Origin: Squalus acanthias
Taxonomy: Eukaryota
NCBI GenBank assembly: GCA_030390025.1
Contig: CM059430.1
Span: 4,030,001-4,094,000, forward strand
Direction of reading: 5' to 3'
Length of the DNA: 64,000 nt
In this document: piece by piece, positions 37,434 to 48,250 of the stretch
Numbering within the stretch: position 1 is the first letter of the stretch
Layout: each line of letters opens with the position of its first letter
Notes under the pieces: generated by a model
Seen by the model: only the letters and a program-made list of their open reading frames with translations
Databases searched by the model: none
What the model was told of the DNA's origin: nothing
Translations under genes and position numbers: made by a program

Positions 37434-37549
37434 TTAGTGTGTCTGCCTTTGACTTGACCAAGATCATTCCACTTATAATTCCTGTGTGTTTGTTGTTATT
37501 ACATTTTTATCTCTGATTGTATTAATATGTCTGTCCACTTTGTATTTCT

Positions 37550-37645
37550 GAGGAAAGGGTCCATACCCAAAATGCAAACTTGCCTGTTCTCTCTGCAGAT
37601 ACTGACTGACCTGCTGCATGTTTCTAGCATTTTATGTTTTTCTAC
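37550..37645 (+). mobile_element. Penelope-like pLTR scrap with degenerate hammerhead core
   Basis: CTGAGGA-AA-GGGT(CCAT)ACCC-AAAA followed by CAGATACTGACTGACCTGCTG..TTTCTAGCATTT, which is similar to 26930-27000. Confidence 0.5.
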
Positions 37646-37955
37646 ATGAATGCAAGTTCTTTCTTTCTTTCTTTCCTTGCCATCTGAACCCTGACTGGCT
37701 GCAGCCTTTAGCAAGCTCCTAAATATTCCTTTTTATTCTCTGTGCCTTGTTCCTGCCCCACCCCCACCCCCACCCCACCACCCCCAGCCACACTGCTTGC
37801 TATTCACAATATCATAACCTGATTCCAACAGTGATGGTAAAGCCATGGATATGCCACGCGAACGGTACAGGGTGACTAGAAGCTCTGTCGAGTACGATTA
37901 CACAAAGACTGGGAATCGAGCATGTCCATCAGTTCTAAACAGGTACAATTTCCAC

Positions 37956-38630
37956 TTTTTTTGATTCGTTCCTGGGATGTGGGCGTCGCTGGCAAGGCCA
38001 GCATTTATTGCCCATCCCTAATTGCCCTTGAGAAGATGGTGGTGAGCCACCTTCTTGAACCGCCCCAGTCCGTGTGGTGAAGGTACTCCCACAGTGCTGT
38101 TAGGGAAGAGAGATCCAGGATCTTGACCCAGTGATGATGAAGGAACGGCGATATATTTCCAAGTCAGGATGGTGTGTGACTTGGAGGTGGTGGTGTTCCC
38201 ATGTGCCTGCTGCCCTTGTCCATCTAGGTGGTAGAGGTCGCAGGTTTGGGAGGTGCTGTCGAAGAAGCCTTGAAGAGTTCCTGCAGTGCATCTTGTAGAT
38301 GGTACACACTGCAGACACGGTGCGCCGGTGGTGGAGGGAGTGAATGTTTAAGGTGGTGGATGGGGTGCCAATCAAGCGGGCTGCTTTGTCCTGGATGGTG
38401 TTGAGCTTCTTGAGTGTTGTTGGAGCTGCACTCATCCAGGCAAGTGGAGAGTATTCCATCACACTCCTGACTTCTGCATTTTAGATGGTGGAAAGGCTTT
38501 GGAGAGTCAGGAGGTGAGACTCTCGCCGCAGAATACCCAGCCTCTGACCTGCTCTTATTGCCACAGTATTTACGTGGCTGGTCCAGTTAAGTTTCTGGTC
38601 AATGGTGACCTCAAGGATGTTGATGTTGGG
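37956..38630 (-). mobile_element. 5'-truncated CR1/L2-group LINE (ORF2 C-terminus and 3' UTR)
   Basis: ORF 38100-38462: EYSPLAW..LKKLNTIQDKAARLI..SLHHRRTV..IYKMH. A-rich tail at 37956. Confidence 0.85.
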
Positions 38631-38639
38631 GAATTCCTT

Positions 38640-38766
38640 GGACAGTGTAGCACACCCTCAGTACTGCACAGAAATCCCAGTCTAGATTTTGTGCTCTGGA
38701 ATAGAGCGTGAACCCACAACTTTCTGACTCAGAGGCGAGAGTACTATCACTGAGCCATGGCTAACA
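38640..38766 (-). mobile_element. Deu-SINE tRNA-like head
   Basis: Reverse complement GTTAGCCATGGCTCAGTGATAGTACTCTCGCCTCTGAGTCAGAAAGTTGTGGGTTCA matches 6174-6300. Confidence 0.8.
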
Positions 38767-39404
38767 CCTAATGTAATACAATTGTACTGCACAATAGGTT
38801 TTGAAACACTAGCATAGGTATGTTTCTGTACAGGAGAACGAAGAACTTCACTGAAATTTCCTAAAAGGAAAGGTACCAAAGTTTGTATCTCCGATTATGT
38901 CTTAATGTCTAAAAGTATTAAATAAAATTATATGTTTTTATTCTAAATCTATCTACTCTCTTTAAAGGATTCACGATGATCCATTTTAAAAAAAGGATAA
39001 GTGCTGATTACCTAATGGGGAACTTTAAACATGAATACTTTAATATTTAAGTCCTGATTTGAAGCTTAAATTTTCTTGGATTCACATCTAAGTCAAGCCT
39101 TCAGTTTTGAATGTACTGGTGTCAGAAACATATAAAATAAAGCACAGAAAGGATTTACAATAAAAAATAATGATCCTGTTGCTGCAGGCGTGGAATACAA
39201 TGTAGAGAATAGCGTTTCAACCTGTTCCTCACATTAGCAATTTGTACTGAAAGTGGGCAAGGCTCCAACACCTTGATGTGGGAGGAGGAGGGGGCAGGAC
39301 AAGAAATCAAATCTGACAGAATAGAAGATACTCAGAATGTGACGAGACTAGAAAATGACTTGCATGGAAATGTCACTGGAAACATTAGAAATACTAAACA
39401 GAAA

Positions 39405-39535
39405 ATGAAAAAGAAGTAAGGTAAAGTATATCATGTCTCAGAAATGTCTCAAAGCAGTTCATATACAATGAATGACTTTGAAGTCCAATGACTGTTGTTA
39501 TGTAGGCAAACATTAAATCAAATGAATTGCACATT
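39405..39535 (-). mobile_element. Decayed Deu-SINE 3' tail
   Basis: TCTCAAAGC..CAATGAATGACTTTGAAGT..ACTGTTGTTATGTAGGCAAAC matches the reverse complement of the SINE tail. Confidence 0.55.
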
Positions 39536-40334
39536 AAAGCGTGTAAGCAATTGCCTAAATTATGTACACTTTGCATTTTGACAAATGTAACCTTAATATT
39601 TTTTTCTACAGTTATTTAACTGCAAATTGTCCCTGGTAGTTATAAGCTAATAAAGCAGTGTCTGGTCATGTACGACAGCACACTTCTACAATCCAGGCCC
39701 TGCACAGAAGGCCCAGTTTGTTTCCTCCCAGGTATCTATACTTACCAGGGGAAAAGATCTCTAAAAACAGAACAAAAGTTTTGGTCAGAAACTAATTTTG
39801 AAGAAAAACACTAAGCCATTTTTCAGCCGAATAAATATATGCTGATGAAGGTGAAGTTATAAAATATCCTGTATCTACATAAAAGTAAATGGAAGATTGA
39901 AACAACAGAAGCCATTCTCTTTAAACAGCGCTTCACCAACAAGATACACACCTCTACACTTGTCAATGAAAGGCATAATTAGGTCACATGAGTAACTGAA
40001 GAGTCAAATGTCAGTAAATACAATTGTACAATACATTTATTAGCCTATCAACTATAGGTTACAACCCACAAATTCCAACAAATCACGTTTGTGCTTTTCC
40101 AAAGCAGCTCCTCACCAGCAGATCCTCCCCTTATATTTTCTTTTTTTACAATAAGTTATTGGGTTACAGGACTTCCCCCCCGCCCCCCGTACATTACAAC
40201 ATGTTTAGGATGTCCCATTCACCAATGAGGGGTGTAATGAGAATGTGGGGTTTTTTGTTGAGTGATAATGCAACAAGTTACTGTTCACACCGACAGGTTG
40301 GCAACAGGATCAAGGTATATTTAGTCCACTTTTC

Positions 40335-40735
40335 TCCCCATCTCTCTCGAAGGTGGCCACTCATGCTACCGTACAGTTCCACAGAGGGCTGCAGTTCTGT
40401 AGTGCCCAACCATTCTTCACGTATGAGCTGGCAGGCAAGAGAGAAAGTCCAATCCTGCCCTCATCTGAGATCCATATATGCACACTTTCCTGCAGTGATC
40501 ACCGGATAGCCATCTGGAGTAAGAACCCTGGTTGATTTTTTCCCCTCCTCTTCTTAGCCCAAGGGCATTGAGATTAAACGTAGTGCCTCCACTGCCATCC
40601 CAACTGAGACGAGCTAATTCAGCACAGGCTAGGGATCAAAACTGGGACCTTTCTGGTCGAGATGGTTCAGGCTCCATCCCATATTCCACCGCAGAGTGTA
40701 CTTACACACTGAACAATCGCGGAAGCAGGGGTGAG
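40335..40735 (-). mobile_element. Unclassified ~400-bp SINE-like repeat, copy 4
   Basis: CCATTCTTCA, CACTTTCCTGCAG..CACCGGATAG and CTGGGACCTTTCTGGTCGAGATGGTTCAG are collinear with 810-1166. Confidence 0.65.
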
Positions 40736-43700
40736 AGTATTCATAAAGAACTCTTTATTCATCAACACTGGGCAAAAATCCAGCATAGTCTCTCTCTACA
40801 TGCCTCTCTCCCACACACCTTTACATTACAATAAGCTGAGGACATTGCATTCACTAATTACATCTCCTGCAATATAACTTGGCTCCTTTAAAAATGTCCA
40901 AGAATCTGTTTTTATTCAACATGGGTCAGGATGAAGAGACCCTAACTGTGGGCTGCTCCACAGTAAAATGTACAGCTTCCAGGCCAAATAAATCGGGTAG
41001 GTCTAATCAATCTACCCGAAGCATTCAAATGTTGAGTGTAGATTATGGTATCATGACTCACCTTAAGCTCAGTTTGGTTGGTGCAACTGGACATATTCCT
41101 AGAGAGCTCAATTATTCATCTTCCAATTAAAAAACCACAGGGATGTGCGTGTGACCATTCTTTCTTACATACAATAGTATCTCACATGGCATTGCCTAAA
41201 ACATTTCAGAATTTATTTTAAATTGACTGCACACAAGTGAAATCCACGGGACTGCTGGGGTGTGATGAAGAGGACTGGGATTGCAGTGAAGAGGCCATCA
41301 GGTGGGTTGCCAACCATTATAAGAACAGATTCATGGCACGGAAGACTGCGTAGGGCATGGTGGTGATGTTCACCAACAGACCCACAAGCTACCCACCCAG
41401 TTAAGCAGTAGTGTTATAGGGGCAAAACTATGATAATGCCTAGTATCACCTGATAATCTGCAAGGTGTGGATATAAAATATATAATACACATATTCAAAT
41501 AAAGTTATTTGAATGATGTGCTTCTATGAAGTACTGTATACCAATCATGGACAAGGCTGTTACAGTTCACGTCTTGTGCTGATATCAAAAAGTCAGTTTC
41601 CATAACTGAACTGAGTCTCCCAGGAATGGAAACCTGCGCTGTTATATATGCTGTGAATGGGACAGCATGTCACAGTTTCGTAATCAAAACTTTTGGAAGA
41701 AACATTCTTTCGTAGGCCTTTATGTTGTCATGTTCCATGTCGCTAGTGCAATTCTTAGTTGACCCATGGAGTTCAAATCTCCAGTCAGAACTAAAGATAT
41801 GAGCAAAGAGCATGGTGATTTTCATGTTCCAAACAGACTTTGGAAATCGTCTCTCACACTTTGTGAGGTGGCATCTTAATGTCCAGGTATTATCATCTTC
41901 CTGGAAACATCGCCCTTTAATAGTTCTGTAATCATAGAATTTGAATTTGTCTGTTCCACAGTCTGTCAGTCTACATATATTAACATTCCACTTAAGCAGA
42001 TCCAGCCACCAAACCCCTTTGCTTTTGAATTAATTACTGAACAAAGCCATAGACATAAACAAAAGAGAACACATCCAGGGCAGCCATCCCTTATTAAATA
42101 TGCCAATAGACCTGGCCAATTACGTGTGTTAGTCAACAATGCAACAGGAATAATGAGATTTCCATAGAGATACAGCTGGCTCGAGCCTTTCATTGAGAAG
42201 GAAACATATAAAATAGAGCGATTCCATATTATTCCACAAAGGCCACTCCTCCAATCCAAAGATCTCCACCTATGAATAATCACCGATAATTCTGTGCAGA
42301 TTCTTGACAATTGAACTGGCAACAATGCATTTTCAGCTGCTGTACGGCATGCCCTGAACAGGGTCTTTTTCCTGATCATACTTGTTTGGTGCAGATAGAT
42401 GCTGAATACAGTAATAATTCTGAGTGACTTTATGCCAAGTGTGTGCTTACCTTTTTAACATGGCTGTTATTTGCAGAATTTGTGAGCATCTATTAGTTGT
42501 ATTGTGCAGGTAGTTTCTCTCTCTCTCTCTGGTAAACCTAATGCAAATTGCTTAGTATAGATTTCAGATGACCTACTGCACAGTATAAAACACTGGTATA
42601 AAGTGAGATAAATTGCACCTGTTACTGATCACTGGAGGGTTTGATGAAATTCTATAGCTACACAGAGTATGTGTGTTTTCGCAAGAAATAAACTGTGCTG
42701 CATTCACATTATATATTTGCAATTACTGCTGGCTCTGCCCATAGCCAGTCTAGTTAACTGCTTCTAAAATTTCTATTAGGCTGACATATTTGTAACCTTG
42801 TAGACCAGTGGACTAGAATAGATTGTGTGGGGAAATTGAGATCATTTTAAATTATGGTTTTGTTCTGATCATTCTGACCACTAACATTCCCCAAGATAAC
42901 TACAAAAAGAAGCACATTGCCTCTTCCTTTACAACAGTATCTTTGCAAGCTATTTACAAAAAAACAGTTCAAAAATGTTCCTGTATACATTATATAGGGT
43001 CTCTATTAGTGAGGGAGTTAGAAATAATATACATTTTTGAAGAGCCACCTAACGATGGGGGAGGGGTCTACTGCAGTGAGCGCATACAGTTACATGATAA
43101 CCAGAATATGTAATCCCATCCTCAATATTCTACAATACTATTTCCATTAGCAACCCAAATATAGTTCAGTCGTTTCCATTTTATGCGCTTTAGTGTCTGC
43201 ATACTGCTCGCAGTAAACTGAACAGCTGGACAGAGATTTGTTGCCATTGTTTTCCAAAGATCTGCAACACACTGCACTGGGACTTCTAAATTAAACATTT
43301 TGGACTTTCAGAGGAGGCCTGAATGCTTTAATAAGTAATGCTGACAATTTGATATCTGACAGCACAAGTTAAATAATTTTTCTTTTAAAGAATTACAATG
43401 TCAGAATACAGACGCACATGCCAAAGGTGCGGCCTAGGTGGGGAACACATCTAGTTTTGGCTGATTATAAGAAGATAATCTGATATAGAAGTAGCAGCAG
43501 TACAGGGCAAAAGGGAAAAACTGAAGCCAGCACATGTCAAGGCCAAATTCTGACCAGCGCATGACAAAAGCACGTGCAATGTTGGTAAACTTATTCTGGC
43601 CATTTTAAGCAATACGGATCATTTTAATCTCCATAGAAACAACAGCCTACTTACGCAAAATGTAATGATTAATCACTGCTTTGATAACAATGGCGTGAAC

Positions 43701-44601
43701 CAGTGACCACAACAGTGAAAAAAGGATGCACTTAGTATTCTCCTGGGCTGTGTTACCCAGACACGCAGCACACAATTCACAAACATACTGCGCGGGTTCT
43801 CAAACCCACAAGGATGGGTACAAACGGAGAAATGTATGCTGTTCCGTTCATTAAATGCACAATATCTATTTCCAGTAGGTGACGGGGGCTGCATTTTAAC
43901 ACTGTAAAAAGGGAATTTCAATAGAAATGGTGTTGGGAGTTCAACAGAGATTTGTGTTGGGTAGGATTACTGTGATCTTAATTGGTTTAATTTACCCAAC
44001 TTCACGAAATGGCTGACCAAAGAAAAACAAAATATTCTGTGGGTTGGAGTTTTTCCCCAGCCCCTAATTGCAGCAAAACCTGTCCTTCTGGTCACCTTGA
44101 TTAACTACCAAGTGTCTTAAGCAATCATTTTTTTCTTCATAACCAACAGCTTCTCAATTTAATTAAATGGCATCTTTACCTGGATTGTGCAGACTGGTAA
44201 AATTTATAGGGTCGTAATAACAAGCAAATGGCGCCGCCCGTAAATGCAGTCATGATTACAGTTTAATACAGCCATTGTTGCACGGTTTACGATCAAAACA
44301 ATATTGTCACCTGGAATGAACAGCCACTTGCCTTAAGCAACTGCTATGCTTTAGTACTGAAGAGGACTGACTCATGGATTATACAGATTCTGATGTACTT
44401 GTATTTTTTTTAAACAGCCCTATAGGTAGAATCAGGACATAATTTTGTTTGTTTGAAGAAGCAGAGAATGTACTTCAGGCCATTTTAGAGTTATTTGATT
44501 GATAGGTGCTACCATTTGAATGAATTAAGGCATTTGTTCCAGCCCAATAAACTTATCCAAAGTCCTGTTTAAAATTCATGGCAAATGTCAATGTAAATAG
44601 T

Positions 44602-44816
44602 CATGATGCGGAGATGCCAGTGTTGGACTGGGGTGGACAAAAATTAGAAGTCGCACAACACCAGGTTATAGTCCAACAATTTTATTTGGAATCACGAGCT
44701 TTCGGAGCGCTGCTCCTTCGTCAGGTGAAGACTTAACCTGACGAAGGAGCAGCGCTCCGAAAGCTCGTGATTCCAAATAAAACTGTTGGACTATAACCTG
44801 GTGTTGTGCGACTTCT
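44602..44816 (-). mobile_element. Penelope-like pLTR-derived inverted-repeat insertion, second copy, opposite orientation
   Basis: Arms 44646-44726 / 44736-44816 (one mismatch seen), with the tail GCGGAGATGCCAGTGTTGGACTGGGGTGGA on the left. Flanking direct repeat TCAATGTAAA[T/C]AGT at 44588-44601 and 44816-44829. Confidence 0.8.
44692..44770. ncRNA. Pair of minimal hammerhead-like motifs, one per strand
   Basis: CTGACGA-A-GGAGC(AGC)GCTCC-GAAA-GC-TC-GTGA at 44738-44770 (+). The - strand arm reads the same and keeps the intact TCAC/GTGA stem I. Confidence 0.65.
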
Positions 44817-45369
44817 CAATGTAAACAGTAACAGCAACATTCTCTATAGATATGAAATTTAGCCCCTCCCAAAGGTTATTTAATTTCCGTTTTGGCCGAT
44901 TACATTTTAATACACTATGTCCAGCATTCTTTGCTGAGACCATGAACAATAATAACACCTTTCTCAGTGCTGTTAGCAAAGCTGGGTAGTACAGTACCAA
45001 AATCTGTTAGCAGGACGAGAAGGAAAAATTTCTTTCGACTTTCAAAAATTACGCTCAAAATAGTGACACTGCATTTTATTTCTATCTGAAGTAGCTGGGC
45101 TCAAGTTTCAAACATCGAACAGTCTCAGTGATTAAGAACATAAGCACGGAACGAGAAAAGGCCAGTTGGCCCATCCAGCCTGTTCTTTCCAGAGACCACA
45201 CGCAGTAAATCAACAAAACTTCAGAATATCTGTCTGATCCTACATTGCAGGCCAGTTGCCTTCCTTGATATGACACTTCATAAGCGCAGTAGCTCACAAA
45301 CAATTTGGATTCCCACAGCATTTAGATTATGCCCAACTCTACTTGCTCATGTAGCCCTCCATCCCATAG

Positions 45370-45920
45370 CCTCCGCAAGACCCTGCAAATCCATTGGCAG
45401 GATAGGCGCACCAACGTCAGTGTTCTCGCTCAGGCCAACATCCCCAGCATCAAAGCTTTGACCACGCTCGATCAGCTCCGATGGACGGGTCACATTGTCC
45501 GCATGCCCGATACGAGACTCCCGAAACAAGCGCTCTACTCGGAGCTCCGGCACGGCAAGAGAGCCCCAGGTGGGCAGAGGAAACGCTTCAAGGACACCCT
45601 CAAAGCCTCCTTGAAAAAGTGTAACATCCCCACCGACACCTGGGAATCCCTGGCCCAAGACCGCACAAAGTGGAGGAGAAGCATCCGGGAAGGCGCCGAA
45701 CACCTCGAGTCTCTTCGCCGGGAGCAAGCGGAAGCCAAGCGCAGGCAGCGCAAGGAGCGCACATCAACCCAAGCACCCCACCCACCCGCCCCTTCAACCA
45801 CCGTCTGCCCCACCTGTGACAGAGACTGTAGGTCTCGCATTGGACTCATCAGTCACCTGCGAACTCATTTTTAATGTGGAAGCAAGTCATCCTCGGTTCC
45901 GAGGGACTGCCTAAGAGAGA
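45370..45920 (+). mobile_element. 5'-truncated RTE-clade LINE (ORF2 C-terminus, 3' UTR, AG tail)
   Basis: ORF 45329-45874: LRK.LQIHWQDRRTN..QLRWTGHIVRMPDTRLPKQALYSEL..GKR..GGQRKRFKDTLK..WESLAQDR..WR, with C-terminal CPTC..SRIGLISHLRTH. These are typical RTE/BovB-like motifs. Confidence 0.92.
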
Positions 45921-45924
45921 GTGC

Positions 45925-46323
45925 GTCAGCTGTGGCTCAGTGGGTAGCACACTCGCCTCTGAGTCAGAAGGTTGTGGGTTCAAGTCCCAATCCAGGGACT
46001 TGAGCAGATAAAGCTAGGCTGACACTCCAATGCAGTGCTGGGGGAGTGCTGTACTGTCGGAGGTGCTGTCTTTCGGATGAGATGTTAAACCGAGGCCCGG
46101 TGTCCTGGCCAATATTTATCCTCAAAGCAACATAACAAAAACAGATTATCTGGTCATTATCACATTGCTGTTTGTGGGACCTTGCTGTGCACAAATTGGC
46201 TGCCACGTTTCCCACATTACAACAGTGACTCCACTTCAAAAAGTACTTCATTGGCTGTAAAGCGCTTTGATACGTCTGGCGGTTGTGAAAGGCGCTGTAT
46301 AAATGCAAGTCTTTCTTTCTTTA
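45925..46323 (+). mobile_element. Deu-domain tRNA SINE with internal deletion
   Basis: A/B boxes and tail as at 6174-6630. Lacks the ~70-bp segment between AAACCGAGGCCC and GGTGTCCTGG. Confidence 0.85.
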
Positions 46324-47934
46324 TTCCTAAAACAGACAGACACTCATCTATCTCTAAATCTGTTAATCAGCATCATAACTGCTTTAGCTGCGAACCTATT
46401 CCACACATCTGTGACATTGGGGCGAAAAACATTTCTTCTAAATCTCTGGACTTGCTTGAAGTTTGTTGATGTTAAATGCATGCTCTCTAGCTCTGTGCTG
46501 ATAGTTCAAATTAAACAACCTGCATGCATCTACATCATTCACTCTTCTCAGCATTTAAAAAAAACTGGCCCATGTCTATTCTTCATCTTTTCTCCAATGA
46601 AAACATATTCAGTCAACCTCTCTTCAGATCCTGGCGCTCCAACTCCTGTTGAAGTTAGACGGGCAAATACAATGCCATCCAGGTTTGCCAAGAGACCTCA
46701 GGGCTAACAGAGACCCAAAGAGGATTTCCGACTGTGGAACCGATTCAGAAAACTCTGAATGTAAAGATATCAGAATAAATCGGGCCCACTGGCCCACCTG
46801 TTTCTAAATCTTTCTGTTTGAAATTGCAATGGAAGTAGGTTCTTTAAACCATCACTGGGTCTTCTCCATCAGCGCGACCATCTTCCAAATTGTCAGAACT
46901 ATCACCTCTCGTCAGACCCCCTTGACTTCCACACCACAAACTTTCTGCAATGTTAAATAATTGGCAGTTCCAAATTATAACGACATCATTAAGGTTTGGG
47001 GGGGACACACTAGGCTGCAAGGTGACAATAAATAAACAAAGATTCCACTGGCCACGACCATGCAATAGGTGCTCCAGAAATAGAGGAGCAGCAACTAGAA
47101 ACACTCACAAAGTAGATGCTACCATTCCAAGTGGTCGGAAGTGTGCCAGTTAAAGAAGCTTTAACCTGACAAAAGATTAAACATATACACCTGGACGAGA
47201 AAGTGTTAAAAGAAATAGACTACAACAATGCACTCTGAGGATCTCTAGTTCCACTGCTTCTCCCAACAGATTCCACAGCAGACACTCAGGCCACTGAACT
47301 TCCAGTCACTGAACGATGAGATGGTTAAAGTTTGCCTCTGTCAGTTTCAATAAATACACAGTGTAATACAAGGTCTTCCCAGCAAGCACAGTCAATATTT
47401 GGCAAACAGAATGCTTGCAACAGCGCTGGACCCTGCTGTGGTGAAGTTCTGAGTAAGGTGAGGTCTTCGGAGTACAATACAAAGGCAAGGGCCAGAGCCA
47501 GTGCAGCTCGATTTTAAAACACATATGACTCCACAGAATTTTTGACTAACTTTTGTTCCAAATTTTTTTGTGGAACATTTGTGACTACAAAGTGGTTTCA
47601 GTCGAGAGCTGAAGAATATCATTGGCTTTATCGGGAAAAACTACACCAGCTGTGCAGCCAGAAACCTAGCCCAGAAAACAAATCATCACTTTCCTGGTAC
47701 TTTCACACTGTGATTCTTACAGCCATCGTTGAAGACTGCTTTAAATTATCATCAACCTAGTGAAATGACTTAAGACACCATTTCACTAGCTGTCTTGCAG
47801 ATAGAAATACGCAATGCGTTCAATTCTGCTCACTTTGTCACAATAAACATGTACATGCATTACAAAGACTGATTCCAAGGGTAATGGGGATGAGCTAGGA
47901 GGAAAGATTAGAATAACTGAAGCTATACTGTTTA

Positions 47935-48250
47935 TAAAGAAGGCAATTAAAAGAGGTAGGGACATAACGAAGGTATATAAAATGTTAACTAGCATTGATT
48001 AGGAAAACCCAGAATATTACTTTAAATGAAGCCGGGAAAGTAGGACCACAGAATATAAACTTAAATTAATGAAAAGTAAGTTTCAAATGGATACATTTGG
48101 AAACACTGTTGTAATCAAAGGTGATAAATGCTCAGAATAATCTACCAGGCAAAATAGTGGAGGCAAGAACATTAGGATGTGAAGGTACTGTAAGGATGAG
48201 CTTTGATAGGTTGAATAGCTTTTTCCTCATTCTTGATTTTTGTTACTTAC
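47935..48250 (+). mobile_element. Decayed CR1 3' fragment
   Basis: Coding resembles RDITKVYKML..RTTEYKLKL..VINAQNNLPGKIVEA, followed by a CR1-like terminal hairpin. Confidence 0.6.

Larger units (their letters stand above)
45130..46620 (-). mobile_element. Very decayed CR1-like remnant hosting the RTE and SINE insertions
   Basis: Tail TAAGAACATAAG..GAAAAGGCCAGTTGGCCCATCCAGCCTG at 45133. Faint CR1 similarity resumes at 46340-46620. Confidence 0.4.

Noticed and set aside
40024-40834. 161-aa and 100-aa ORFs
   Set aside because: They run across a decayed SINE-like repeat and resemble no known protein.
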